A stretch of 64,000 nucleotides of DNA from an uncultured Alistipes sp. (GCA_910583985.1 CAJTYA010000013.1:6655-70654); one strand, 5' to 3'. Shown: positions 30,670-40,980, counted from the stretch's first letter. The notes: a model not told the origin generated them from the sequence alone. Made by a program: numbers and translations.

Positions 30670-30700
30670 AAAAAAAGCCCCGACTTTCGAAGTCGGGGCT
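30670..30700 (-). terminator. Intrinsic terminator of guaA
   Basis: AGCCCCGACTT-TCG-AAGTCGGGGCT stem with an A-run on the plus strand (U-tract on minus), 20 nt past the stop. Confidence 0.85.
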
Positions 30701-30720
30701 CAGAGAGTAGCCGAATCGGA

Positions 30721-32250
30721 CTATTCCCATTCGATCGTTGCGGGCGGTTTCGAGCTGATGTCGTAGACGACGCGGTTGATCCCGCGCACGCGGTTGATGA
30801 TGTCGTTCGACATCTTGGCCAGAAACTCGTAGGGCAGGTGCACCCAGTCGGCCGTCATGCCGTCCGTCGAGGTCACGGCCCGAAGCGCCACGCAGTTCTC
30901 GTAGGTGCGCTCGTCGCCCATGACGCCCACCGACTGGACGGGCAGCAGCATCACGCCGGCCTGCCATACCCGATCGTAGAGACCGTATTCCTTGAGGCCG
31001 TCGATAAAAATCTTGTCCGCCTCCTGAAGGATGCGGACCTTTTCGGCCGTCACTTCGCCCAGAATGCGAATACCCAGTCCGGGACCGGGGAACGGATGCC
31101 GCCCCAGAATATCCATCGGAATGTTCAGTTGTTTCCCCACGCGACGGACTTCGTCCTTGAAGAGCAGGCGCAGCGGTTCGACGATCCGAAGGTTCATCTT
31201 TTCGGGCAGTCCGCCCACGTTGTGGTGCGACTTGATCGTCGCCGAAGGACCGTTCACCGACATCGACTCGATCACGTCGGGATAGATCGTTCCCTGGGCC
31301 AGCCACTTGACGTCGGTGAGCTTCTGCGCCTCCTCGTCGAACACTTCGATGAAGTCGCGGCCGATGATCTTGCGCTTCTTTTCGGGGTCGGTCACGCCGG
31401 CCAGATCGGCGAGAAACTTATCGCCGGCCCGCACGCCGATTACGTTCAGCCCCATCGACTCGTAGGAGCGCAGCACGTTTTCGAACTCGTCCTTGCGCAA
31501 CAGACCCATATCGACGAAAATACAGATCAACTGGTCGCCGACGGCCTTGTGGAGCAGTTCGGCCGCCACCGACGAATCGACGCCGCCGGAAAGGCCGAGC
31601 AGCACCTTGTCGCCGCCTAACTTGGCACGCAGCTCGCGCACGGTCGATTCGATGAACGAATCGGGCGTCCAGTCCTGACGGCATCCGCATATATCCACGA
31701 CGAAGTGACTGAGCAACTGCTTGCCCTCGGTGGAGTGGTACACTTCGGGGTGGAACTGAATGCCCCACGTGCGCTCGCCCTCGATGCGGAAAGCCGCCAC
31801 GGGCACCTCCTCCGTACTGGCGATAATCTTGTAACGGTCCGGAATGCGGACGATCGTGTCGCCGTGCGACATCCACACCTGACTGCGGCCCGACAGGCCG
31901 CAGATGAGCGGATCGTCGCCCTCGACCTTGGAGAGCATCGCCCGGCCGTACTCGCGCGTGGCCGAAGGCTTCACCTCGCCGCCGTAATTCTGCGCCAGAT
32001 ACTGGGCGCCGTAGCATACGCCCAGCAGCGGCAGACGTCCCTTGATGGACGACAGATCGACCTGCGGCGCCTTTTCGTCGCGGACCGAGTAGGGACTTCC
32101 CGAAAGAATCACCCCCTTGACCGATTCGTCCAACGTCGGAATCTTGTTGAAAGGATGGATTTCGCAATAGACGTTCAGTTCGCGCACACGTCGAGCGATC
32201 AACTGCGTGTACTGCGACCCGAAGTCCAGAATCAATATTTTTTCCTGCAT
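30721..32250 (-). CDS. guaA: GMP synthase (glutamine-hydrolysing)
   Basis: [53 protein letters not shown]. Confidence 0.98.
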   Translation of the reverse strand: MQEKILILDFGSQYTQLIARRVRELNVYCEIHPFNKIPTLDESVKGVILSGSPYSVRDEKAPQVDLSSIKGRLPLLGVCYGAQYLAQNYGGEVKPSATREYGRAMLSKVEGDDPLICGLSGRSQVWMSHGDTIVRIPDRYKIIASTEEVPVAAFRIEGERTWGIQFHPEVYHSTEGKQLLSHFVVDICGCRQDWTPDSFIESTVRELRAKLGGDKVLLGLSGGVDSSVAAELLHKAVGDQLICIFVDMGLLRKDEFENVLRSYESMGLNVIGVRAGDKFLADLAGVTDPEKKRKIIGRDFIEVFDEEAQKLTDVKWLAQGTIYPDVIESMSVNGPSATIKSHHNVGGLPEKMNLRIVEPLRLLFKDEVRRVGKQLNIPMDILGRHPFPGPGLGIRILGEVTAEKVRILQEADKIFIDGLKEYGLYDRVWQAGVMLLPVQSVGVMGDERTYENCVALRAVTSTDGMTADWVHLPYEFLAKMSNDIINRVRGINRVVYDISSKPPATIEWE

Positions 32251-32304
32251 AGCGATTGATAAGGTTTGTCTTCGATTATGTCGTTGCGCTCCCTCGGCGG
32301 AACG

Positions 32305-34767
32305 CTACGAGCGGATCTGGGCGCCGAGCTGCCGTTCGAACGCCCGGATCAGGTTGTTCATCGTCCGGTCGATCACCTGATCGGTCAGCGTCTTGGTCGT
32401 ATCTTCGAGCACGAAGCTCAACGCGTAGGATTTCTTGCCGGCGGGCAGCTTGTCGCCTTCGTACACGTCGAACAGCGCCACCTGCTTGAGCAGTTTCTTC
32501 TCCGTGGCCACGGCGACGGCATGCAACTGCGCGAAAGTCACTCCGCGGTCGAGCAACAGCGCCAGATCGCGCCGCACTTCGGGGTATTTGGAGAGTTCGC
32601 AGGCCGTGACGGCATGGTTGCGCGTCATCTTGAGCAGCGCGTCGAAATCGAGTTCCAGATAGTATACGTCGTTCTTGACATCGAAACGGTTCCGGATTTT
32701 TTTCGACACGACACCCATTTCGACGAGCTTCTTGCCGTTGAAACGGCAGCAGACCGCCTCGGCGTACAGATCGCTTTCGAGCGGTTCGGTCGTCGCGTCG
32801 CAGAGGTCCAGTCCGAAGCGGCGCAGCACCTTTTCGGCGGCCGCACGCAGCGTGAAGAACGTAGCGGGCTCCGAGGAGACGTTCCACGACGGGGCATGGT
32901 CAGCACCCGTGACGGCCATCGAAACCATCGCCCGCTGGGAGTAGGGGGCCAGCCCGCCGTCGGCCTCGCGGGCCGCATCGTAGAAATAGCAGTTTCCGTA
33001 TTCGTAGAGCTTGAGATCCCCGTTGCGGCGGTTCGCATTGAGCGCGATGGCTTCCATCATGTTGAACAGCAACGTCTGCCGCATGACGTTCAGGTCGTTG
33101 CTCAACGGATTGAGGATGCGCACGCAGCGCTCGGCGGGGTAGGAAGCCAGCCCCTCGTAATAGGCCGAGCGGGTGAGCGAGTTGCTCATGATTTCGTTGA
33201 ATCCGTTGGCCGACAGCGTATCCGAGAACAGGTTCACCAGCTTGTCGCGGTCGGGGTGGGGCGCATACGAAAGCGTGGAATGGACATGCTGCGGAATCTC
33301 GATGTTGTTGTAACCGTAAATGCGCAGGATGTCTTCGATCAGGTCGGCCTCGCGGCGCACGTCCACCCGATAGGGCGGAACGGCCACGCTCAGCACACCG
33401 TCCGCTTCGCCCTCGACGGTCACGTCGAGCGCCCCGACGATCTTGCGGATCGTCTCCGTGGGGATGTCCTTGCCGATGAGCTTTCTTACGCGGTCGAACG
33501 ACAGCTCGAAGCGGAACGGCTCGACGGGTACGGGATAGAAGTCCGTGACGGGCGACGAGATCGCGCCTCCGGCCAGCTCCTTGACGAGCATCGCGGCCCT
33601 CATCAGCGCGTAGGGCGCCATGTCGGGATCGACGCCGCGTTCGAAGCGGAACGACGAATCGGTATTGAGGCCGTGCCGCTTGGCCGTCTTGCGCACCCGC
33701 ACCGGATTGAAATAGGCGCTCTCGATGAAAATTTCGGTCGTCGTCTCGGTCACGCCCGAATCCTGTCCGCCGAACACGCCGGCGATGCACATCGGCTCCT
33801 GCGCGTTGCAGATCATCAGGTCCTCGGCCGAGAGCTTGCGTTCGACGCCGTCGAGCGTCACGAACGGAGTGCCCTCGTCGCAGGTCCGCACGACGATCTT
33901 TCCGCCGGCGATCTTCGAGGCATCGAAAGCGTGCAACGGCTGCCCCGTCTCGTGCAGCACGAAGTTGGTGATGTCCACCACGTTATTCTTCGGGTTCATG
34001 CCGATGGCCCGCAGCCTGCGCTGCAACCATTCGGGCGAGGGCCCCACCTTGAGGCCCGTCATCGTCACGCCCATATAGCGCGGCGCGGCCTCGCCGTCGA
34101 GCACTTCGACAGAAATTTCCTTACCGGAGACATCCTGTCCGAAACCTTCCACCGACGGCAGGGCGAGCCGGCAGGGCATATCCTGCGAACGCAGATAGAC
34201 CGCCAGATCGCGCGCCACGCCGTAATGCGAAGCCGCATCGACGCGGTTGGGCGTCAGACCGATTTCGAACAGATAGTCGTCCTCGATGCCGAAATGCTCG
34301 CGGGCCGGCGTTCCGGCCTTCGCCTCGGCGGGCAGCACGATGATGCCGTCGTGGGCCGTACCCACGCCTATCTCGTCTTCGGCGCAAAGCATTCCGAACG
34401 ACTCCACGCCGCGGATCTTGCTCTTCTTGATCTTGAATCCGTTCTCTTCGCCCGCCGGATAGAGCGTCGCGCCGATCGTGGCGACCACCACCTTCTGACC
34501 GGCCGCCACGTTGGGCGCGCCGCAGACGATCTGCACCGGCACGCCGTCGCCCAGATCGACGGTCGTCACATGCAGCTTATCGGCATCGGGATGTTTCCCG
34601 CACGTGAGCACTTCGCCCACGACCAGACCGGCGAGCCCGCCGCGGATCGACTCCGAACGTTCGAATCCCTCCACTTCGAGCCCGATGTCCGTCAGGATGC
34701 GGGCAGTCTGCTCGGCATCCAGATCGGTTTCGACATACTGTTTAAGCCAGTTGAATGAAATTTTCAT
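32305..34767 (-). CDS. pheT: Phenylalanine--tRNA ligase beta subunit
   Basis: MKISFNWLKQY start, HPDADKL, VCGAPN, TPNRVDA, FRFERGVD, RRDLALL, KSYAL. Confidence 0.97.
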   Translation of the reverse strand: MKISFNWLKQYVETDLDAEQTARILTDIGLEVEGFERSESIRGGLAGLVVGEVLTCGKHPDADKLHVTTVDLGDGVPVQIVCGAPNVAAGQKVVVATIGATLYPAGEENGFKIKKSKIRGVESFGMLCAEDEIGVGTAHDGIIVLPAEAKAGTPAREHFGIEDDYLFEIGLTPNRVDAASHYGVARDLAVYLRSQDMPCRLALPSVEGFGQDVSGKEISVEVLDGEAAPRYMGVTMTGLKVGPSPEWLQRRLRAIGMNPKNNVVDITNFVLHETGQPLHAFDASKIAGGKIVVRTCDEGTPFVTLDGVERKLSAEDLMICNAQEPMCIAGVFGGQDSGVTETTTEIFIESAYFNPVRVRKTAKRHGLNTDSSFRFERGVDPDMAPYALMRAAMLVKELAGGAISSPVTDFYPVPVEPFRFELSFDRVRKLIGKDIPTETIRKIVGALDVTVEGEADGVLSVAVPPYRVDVRREADLIEDILRIYGYNNIEIPQHVHSTLSYAPHPDRDKLVNLFSDTLSANGFNEIMSNSLTRSAYYEGLASYPAERCVRILNPLSNDLNVMRQTLLFNMMEAIALNANRRNGDLKLYEYGNCYFYDAAREADGGLAPYSQRAMVSMAVTGADHAPSWNVSSEPATFFTLRAAAEKVLRRFGLDLCDATTEPLESDLYAEAVCCRFNGKKLVEMGVVSKKIRNRFDVKNDVYYLELDFDALLKMTRNHAVTACELSKYPEVRRDLALLLDRGVTFAQLHAVAVATEKKLLKQVALFDVYEGDKLPAGKKSYALSFVLEDTTKTLTDQVIDRTMNNLIRAFERQLGAQIRS

Positions 34768-35102
34768 ACCTATGTTTTCGTTATTTCGATTTTTCCCGTC
34801 ATCGGCAGAAAGCCGCCCTCCCGAAAGGAGAAAGCGCCTCCGAACGGCGCGAAAGTTACGAAAAGTTTGGCAAGCGGCCAACCTCCGACAAGGAAGATTA
34901 TCAACAAAAACCGCACGGACAGCGGCACAGGCCGGCACGCAGCCGCCGAGCGCCTCCCCGGTGCGGGAGCCGGACCGGCCCCCTTTCGCGAATCGTTCGG
35001 ACGACCGCCCGGCCGTGAATCGTCGTTTTTTTGTCCCCGATTTCGAAAAAATGCACTTCTTTTGCGTCGTCGTCCTTTCGGACACCGTTCGAACGAAACG
35101 CC

Positions 35103-36146
35103 ATGAAAATGAAAATTACCGAAAAGCGGAGCGACATGCTCCACGGCATGTTGCTCATCGCGCTGTTCTCCTGCGCGGCATTCTATCTCTGCGGCCTCGC
35201 ACCCGTCGCCCGTCTCTCGCTCAGCCCGCTCATCATCGGCATCGTGCTGGGCATGCTCTACGCCAACAGCCTGCGCAACCGCCTGCCGGCCACGTGGGTG
35301 CCGGGCATCCTGTTCTGCTCGAAACAGATTCTACGGCTGGGCATCGTGCTCTACGGATTCCGCCTGACCTTTCAGGACGTGGCGGCCGTGGGCCTCACGG
35401 CGCTGGGCATCGACGCCATCGTCGTCGCGACGACCGTCTGCGGAGGCATTCTCGTGGGCCGATGGCTCAAAATGGACCGAGACACCGCGCTGCTGACTTC
35501 CGTCGGAAGCGGGATATGCGGCGCCGCAGCGATTCTGGGCGCCGAAGCCACGCTGCACAGCAAGCCCTACAAGACGGCCGTGGCCGTCTCGACGGTCGTC
35601 ATTTTCGGCACGCTGGCGATGTTTCTCTACCCGGCCCTCTACGCCAACGGCATGCTCGGCCTCTCGCCGGAACGGATGGGACTCTACACGGGCGCCACGC
35701 TGCACGAGGTAGCGCACGTGGTGGGAGCGGGCAACGCCATGAGCGAAGAAATATCCGACGCCGCGATCATCGTCAAGATGATCCGGGTCATGCTGCTCGT
35801 CCCGGTGCTGCTCCTGATCGGTTACTCGGCCGCACGGCGCCGCAAGTCTTCCGACGAACCGAACGCCGAAACGGCCGCCCCGCGCAGGATCGCGGTTCCA
35901 TGGTTCGCACTGGGCTTTCTGGCCGTCATCGGTTTCAACTCGCTGGTATGGCTTCCTGCCCCGACGATCGACTTCATCAACGAGGCGGATACGTTCCTGC
36001 TGACGATGGCCATGACGGCGCTCGGCGCCGAAACGAGCATCGAAAAGTTCAAGAAAGCCGGCATGAAACCCTTCATCCTCGCGGCGATCCTCTTCGTATG
36101 GCTGATGGGCGCCGGCTACCTGCTCTCCCGTTATCTCGTCTTCTAA
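35103..36146 (+). CDS. YeiH / UPF0324 family membrane protein
   Basis: LRLGIVLYGF, GSGICGAAAI, HEVAHVVGAG, VKMIRV, PWFA, AMTALG. Confidence 0.9.
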   Translation: MKMKITEKRSDMLHGMLLIALFSCAAFYLCGLAPVARLSLSPLIIGIVLGMLYANSLRNRLPATWVPGILFCSKQILRLGIVLYGFRLTFQDVAAVGLTALGIDAIVVATTVCGGILVGRWLKMDRDTALLTSVGSGICGAAAILGAEATLHSKPYKTAVAVSTVVIFGTLAMFLYPALYANGMLGLSPERMGLYTGATLHEVAHVVGAGNAMSEEISDAAIIVKMIRVMLLVPVLLLIGYSAARRRKSSDEPNAETAAPRRIAVPWFALGFLAVIGFNSLVWLPAPTIDFINEADTFLLTMAMTALGAETSIEKFKKAGMKPFILAAILFVWLMGAGYLLSRYLVF

Positions 36147-36440
36147 ACGCGACCTGCGACCGTACCGTCCGACGAAACGGAAACGTCGCGGCGACAACCG
36201 GTCCCCCGAACCGCGTGCAAACGGGCGGCGCGACATAATTGCCGCGCCGCCCGTTTATACGACACCTTCTCCGAACCCGAACGGAACGAGGACGTCCGCC
36301 CCCGCTTTTCCGCCGGAAACTCTCCCCGCAGCGTTTCGAGACACCGTCCGAAACGTCCCGCCGGCATCGCTCTCGCGCCACTGTTCCCGCACCGAAAGCC
36401 TCCGCCTCCCCCGCCACGTCCCGCCGCCCGAAACGGGGGA

Positions 36441-37118
36441 TCACTCGTTCCCGTAGGCGTATTCGACCGCCCGGTTGATCAAGCGATTGAACGGCAGCGT
36501 CGTCTCGAAAGCCCGGACCGTGCGCTCCAGCATGTCGGGACGCAAAAGAAAATCCTCGTCCGCCGCACGTTCCAGATAGACGTTCTTCAACTTCAGGTAT
36601 TCGGCATACGGGCTGTCGGCAGGGAAGCCCGCCGGAACGCGCCTCAGCACGGCGTCCCGGTTCATGCGGAATCCCTCGGCCGCGGCGAGCGCCTCCAGAA
36701 ACCCTTCGCCGTTGTCCACGATCTCCTCGCGAATGCTCCGGAGCACGGCCGACGAAGGCATGTACATGCCCGTCACGATCATGCTCCCGCCCAAGAAGCC
36801 CTCGCCACGAGGTTCGAGATGGAAATAGTAGCCCGAATAACCGGACTTTTTCCCGCCCCGGCACACGTAGGCCCCCATGTGGGTCTTATAGGGCGACTTG
36901 TCGGCGCTGAACCGGGTGTCCCGATAGATCCGGTACGTGCAGTCGCGCACGTCGAGCCCGGCGACTTCGGCATCGAACGACGCGATGCCCACGATCAGAC
37001 GGCCGACGAACTCGTCGAACTCGCCCTTCGCATCCCTGTACCAGCTCTTGTTGGCCTCGAACCACGTCCGGTCATTGTGACGCCTCAACGCATCGAGAAA
37101 TGTCAGAATGTTTTTCAT
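36441..37118 (-). CDS. DUF2461 family protein
   Basis: FLDALRRHNDRTWFEANK, YRIYRDTRFSADKSPYK, GYYFHLEP. Confidence 0.88.
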   Translation of the reverse strand: MKNILTFLDALRRHNDRTWFEANKSWYRDAKGEFDEFVGRLIVGIASFDAEVAGLDVRDCTYRIYRDTRFSADKSPYKTHMGAYVCRGGKKSGYSGYYFHLEPRGEGFLGGSMIVTGMYMPSSAVLRSIREEIVDNGEGFLEALAAAEGFRMNRDAVLRRVPAGFPADSPYAEYLKLKNVYLERAADEDFLLRPDMLERTVRAFETTLPFNRLINRAVEYAYGNE

Positions 37119-37413
37119 CTTCGCTTTGCGGTCCGTAACCGCGATTTTCCGTTTTCGGCAAAGATAGCAAAAGATCGGAGCCCGCGACCGGGAAACGGGC
37201 GGAAACGGACAGGCTAAGGACGACGGAAAAGCACCGAAGCCTGTCCTCTCCAGCCTCGCCATTTATGGGGATTCCTCGCCGCAACCCTCCCTCTTTATCG
37301 GTATTTACGCACGGAAAGGTTGCAGGAAAGCACAGAAGCGAATACATTTACACCGTAAACATTTTCAGACCCGTTAAGTTTTGTTTAAAGCAAGTGATTT
37401 TTTCAGTGGAAGG

Positions 37414-37443
37414 AAAGGAGCGCCCGCGGGCGCTCCTTTTTTT
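37414..37443 (+). terminator. Orphan intrinsic terminator (no upstream plus-strand CDS)
   Basis: AAAGGAGCGCCC-GC-GGGCGCTCCTTTTTTT. Confidence 0.75.
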
Positions 37444-38160
37444 GCCGCCGTTTCCCGGCCCACGAGCGTGTACTCCCGATTCCGTCCCGCCGGCAGCTCC
37501 CGGTCCGTCCGGCAGCTCACCGAAAATCGTCCCTTTTCGGGAACGGCCCCAAACGACCGTTTGCCGGCCGGTCGACCCGAAAAAATCCCTATCCGATCTT
37601 CGCCGCGGCACAGGACCGTACATCGGACGCACGGACCGGCAGAATCGCCGCATCCCGCATGCCTGTTGTCGGAACCCGTTATCCAAACACGAAACGTTCC
37701 GCCCGGCGTTTTCCGTTCTTCTCTTTTCTCTTCGTCGCGACCGCGATCGCCCCGGAAATCGCCCGCGCCTCAAACCGATTCCCCCCCCATACCGGACAAC
37801 GCGCAGTTTCCAAGGCACGCTGCGCTATCGTCCGATCCGGAAACCGCCCGACGGACATGCCTGCACGAACCCCGCTCTCGGCATCGCGGGCAACTCATCC
37901 CGGTCGGATGAGGACACCGGGGTAGGATACCGACGTTCCGCACCCTCCGGCTCGGTTACCGCCTCAAGAAATTCGGGCACACCTATATCGGCCGCTTCGC
38001 AATAAGGACGCTGCCATTCTCCCCGCTCCCTCCCGGCAGACATAGGCTGAGTTTTCCAGCCGCGAGCACCCCTCGGACTTGCCGGTCCGGAAAATATCCG
38101 CTAACTTTATCGTCACAACCGCGATACACCCCGATCATTCACCGCTAAAACATCTGCCGC

Positions 38161-38673
38161 ATGTCCGACGAAAATGCCACGATTTCCCGTTTCCATTGGG
38201 ACAAGACCGTCATCGCGATCACGGTCTTCACGCTCTCGCTCCTCTTCGTACCGTTCGTATGGTTGATTCCGCTCACCGATACGGTCTCCGTGGTAACCTG
38301 CGCGGCAATCGTCATCTGCATCGCCCCGTGTTTCGCCCTCGTCCCGATCCGCCTGCGTATCGACGACCGGTCGCTATGCCTGAAAAAAGCCGTCGGGCAA
38401 ATCATTATCCCGCTGCACACGATCCGCAGCATCGAGACGCTCGCGCCGGATGCCCTCGCCGGTTCGATCCGGACATTCGGCAGCGGAGGATTCTTGGGCT
38501 ATCTGGGACATTTCAAAAATAAGAAACTGGGGCATTACATCCTGTTCGCCACGGAGCGCCGCCACCTGCTCAAAGTCGCGACCGACCGCAAAACCTACGT
38601 TTTCAGTTGCCGCGACGGGGAGAAATTCCGACAGTTGTTCGAAGCGTTCTCCTCAGCCCGGCCGACAGCGTAA
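38161..38673 (+). CDS. Membrane-anchored bacterial PH-domain protein
   Basis: Two TM helices, then SIRTFGSGGFLGYLGHF..KLGHY..YVFSC. Confidence 0.8.
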   Translation: MSDENATISRFHWDKTVIAITVFTLSLLFVPFVWLIPLTDTVSVVTCAAIVICIAPCFALVPIRLRIDDRSLCLKKAVGQIIIPLHTIRSIETLAPDALAGSIRTFGSGGFLGYLGHFKNKKLGHYILFATERRHLLKVATDRKTYVFSCRDGEKFRQLFEAFSSARPTA

Positions 38674-38861
38674 CACGCCCGCTATCCGCAAACAGCGATT
38701 TTCTCCTTCTCCCGTCCGTCGACGGGCCTTCATCACCGATTGCGGAGGCCCGTTTCCGCGACAGACTCCGAAAACGGACAAACCGCATCGTACGTGGACT
38801 CCATCCGCATCGAAATTTCCGAAAAAACGTCTCGAAAGGTCATTCCCGGACATCCGCGTCC

Positions 38862-39030
38862 TCCAGAAAACGGTTTCGCCGCTGCGAACAGGGCTCCGTT
38901 CGTCGTCCGCACCCTTTCCATCGAATACATTCGCAGCCACAATCCGGCTCCCCGAATCGGCTCACGCCGACGCGATCCGGGCTTCCGCCCGAATCGCTAT
39001 TCTTTTCATCGAATATATTCCGTATATTTG
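38862..39030 (-). repeat. Tandem array C: two units (one intact, one degenerate; 88-bp period) of the promoter/hairpin repeat, opposite orientation to A and B
   Basis: Reverse complement from 39030: CAAATATACGGAATATATTCGATGAAAAGAATA-GCGATTCGGGC-GGAA-GCCCGGATCGC-GTCGGC-GTGA-GCCGAT. CATCGAATAyATTC occurs at 38919 and 39007. Confidence 0.8.
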
Positions 39031-39066
39031 CCACCGGACGGGGTTTCCCGTCCGGACATATTCTAA

Positions 39067-39235
39067 GAAGCGTTATGCTGATCTCGTGAATTGGAAACCT
39101 GAGAAATTTTCGATTTAGCACGAAAGAGCGGCATAGTGGTTCTCTCGCTGTAAGCGTGGGCTGCTATACTCACATCCGTGCTAAAGGTAATCTCAGGACC
39201 TCCAATTCAGACGTGGCATTGCAGTTCCACGCTTC
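39067..39235 (+). ncRNA. Candidate structured 5' leader RNA (long imperfect hairpin), copy L2
   Basis: Nested stems GAAGCGT/ACGCTTC, TGAATTGGA/TCCAATTCA, CCTGAGA/TCTCAGG, TTTAGCACG/CGTGCTAAA, ATAGTGGTTC/GGGCTGCTAT; shares motifs with L1. Confidence 0.72.
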
Positions 39236-39285
39236 GTCGTTCAATAGGGTCTTCGAGGAACTGGAAGACACAACCACTCCCAAAC

Positions 39286-39630
39286 ATGGAAGAACATAAA
39301 CTGTTCATCGAAAACTCCATCGCGGACACGCTTCCCGCGATGGTGAAAACCGAACTGGCCAAACTGCCCGAACACAAGCAGGCCGAATTCGTCGAAGAGT
39401 ACAAACGGAAGAAGAAATCGGTCGGTCTGGCCTACTTTTTCCTGTTGATCTGCTTGGGCATGCCCTACGGCTATCTGGGCAAATGGGGTCTGCAACTCGT
39501 TTACTGGCTGACCGGAGGCGGTTTCGTCATCTGGATGATCATCCTCATTTTCACGCTGCCCTCCAACGTAAAGGATTACAACAAGGACGTGGCGCTGGAA
39601 GCGATGCGCAACCTCAAAGCAATGAGCTAA
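39286..39630 (+). CDS. TM2 (NINE) domain membrane protein
   Basis: KKKSVGLAYFF...YGYLGKWGLQLVYWLTGGGFVIW is a TM2 pattern; start MEEHK at 39286. Confidence 0.85.
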   Translation: MEEHKLFIENSIADTLPAMVKTELAKLPEHKQAEFVEEYKRKKKSVGLAYFFLLICLGMPYGYLGKWGLQLVYWLTGGGFVIWMIILIFTLPSNVKDYNKDVALEAMRNLKAMS

Positions 39631-39646
39631 AGACCGCAGGCTGAGA

Positions 39647-39694
39647 AAAACAGGTCGGAACGCCGTTCGGACGAACCCCTTTCCGACCTGTTTT
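39647..39694 (+). terminator. Hairpin between the TM2 gene and the DUF2752 remnant
   Basis: AAAACAGGTCGGAA...TTCCGACCTGTTTT, 14-bp arms with an inner GTTCG/CGAAC stem. Confidence 0.55.
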
Positions 39695-39723
39695 CGCCCG
39701 AACGGACATTCCGCGACTCCGCC

Positions 39724-39998
39724 ATGAAACGCCAATTCGTCCGCATCGCCGCCCTCTGTACGGTGGATTGACCAAGTCGATCGTCCATCTCTACCGGGGC
39801 GACCTCGCCGGAAGTTTCCGGTATCATCCGTGGGGCATCCCGCTCGTCGTGTTCTGCGTCTGGCTGCTCGTCGTTTCGCTGCACGATCTTCTGAGGAAAA
39901 AAGAGACGGCGGAAGCCGTACTCGACCGTCCCGTTCTCTGGCAAGCGGTCGGTATCGGCGTGCTGATCACCTATCTGCTCAGGCTGGCCGGAGCCTGA
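39724..39998 (+). pseudogene. DUF2752-family gene remnant (internal deletion/frameshift)
   Basis: ATG at 39724 gives MKRQFVRIAALCTVD*. Another frame gives GLTKSIVHLYRGDLAGSFRYHPWG, the part of DUF2752 after CP..CPGCG, but the Cys motif is absent. Confidence 0.6.
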
Positions 39999-40095
39999 AA
40001 ACCGGAAGAAATTCTACCCGTCCGCAGGGCAATCTTCCCCGAAAAGGGCCGAATGGGTTATTTTTTCGTAATTTCGCGGCGTTTTTACGTTCCGC

Positions 40096-40821
40096 ATGAA
40101 AATCCTCGCGAGCAAATACCTGTTATTCGTGGCCGGTCTCTATTTTCTCTCGGCCGGCATCGTGCTCATCCTGCGCTCGTCCTTGGGCACCACGCCCATA
40201 ACGAGCATGAACTACGTATTGAGCCTCCACACTCCGATGACGCTCGGCGCGTGGACCTTCGCGGTGAACATGCTCCTGATCGCCGGTCAGTTCTGGTTCA
40301 TCCGCGACCGTGCGACACGACGCGATGCCATCGAAATCCTGTTGCAGATTCCCTTCTCGTTCCTCTTCGCGGCATTCATCGACTTCAACATGGCGCTCAC
40401 CCAAGGACTTCGCCCGTCCCACTACGCAGCGGCGGCCGCCCTGTTGGCGACCGGATGCTTCGTACAGGCCCTCGGCATCGTGTTCGAAATCAAGCCTCGC
40501 GTAACGATGATGAGCGCCGAAGGTTTCGTGCATTACGCTTCGCGGCGCTACGGCAAGGACTTCGGAAAATTCAAGGTCGTTTTCGACGTTTCGCTGGTGG
40601 TGCTGGCAGCCATGCTCTCGCTGCTCTTTTCCCGACGGATCGAAGGCATACGCGAAGGAACGCTCGTCGCTGCCTGCACCACGGGGTATATCGTGAGCTT
40701 CCTGAGCCGCCGGATCGTTACGAGGGCCACGCTCCGGCGCATGCTGCCTGCCGAAAGGGTCCTGTCGCTCTCCGGCAAAGAACGACGGCACGGCGCCGAA
40801 GGCCCACGCGAGAACGGGTAG
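40096..40821 (+). CDS. YczE/YyaS-like membrane protein
   Basis: SSLGTTPITS, TLGAWTF, LQIPFSFLFAAFID, FGKFKVVFD, GIREGT. Confidence 0.85.
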   Translation: MKILASKYLLFVAGLYFLSAGIVLILRSSLGTTPITSMNYVLSLHTPMTLGAWTFAVNMLLIAGQFWFIRDRATRRDAIEILLQIPFSFLFAAFIDFNMALTQGLRPSHYAAAAALLATGCFVQALGIVFEIKPRVTMMSAEGFVHYASRRYGKDFGKFKVVFDVSLVVLAAMLSLLFSRRIEGIREGTLVAACTTGYIVSFLSRRIVTRATLRRMLPAERVLSLSGKERRHGAEGPRENG

Positions 40822-40980
40822 GGCATGACATGCTCCCACACCCTGTCCTGTGAATGCGCCTCATCCCCGGTCCGTCGGCGGGACGCCCGCCGACAGGCGA
40901 AAAAAGCGCAGGCCGTCCTGCAACGAATCCGTTTCGTTTGCGTATATTTGTGTACAGACAACCAAAACGTACCGGAGACC

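Noticed and set aside
37445..38160. Hidden genes in long GC-rich intergenic stretches (also 27800-28420, 43245-43700, 55600-56220)
   Set aside because: ORFs there are Arg/Pro/Gly-rich without credible starts or motifs, and I could not support any repeat or structure by eye.
22167..39030. Units A1 and C1 as inverted repeats of an invertible 17-kb segment
   Set aside because: The match is imperfect, there is no recombinase in the window, the segment contains guaA and pheT, and inversion would not re-orient either promoter relative to its gene.
39067..39235. GCGTTAT/GCGTTAG starts of the leaders as integron attC core sites
   Set aside because: The hairpin lies downstream of the GTT rather than between RYYYAAC and GTTRRRY, and there is no integrase or cassette array.
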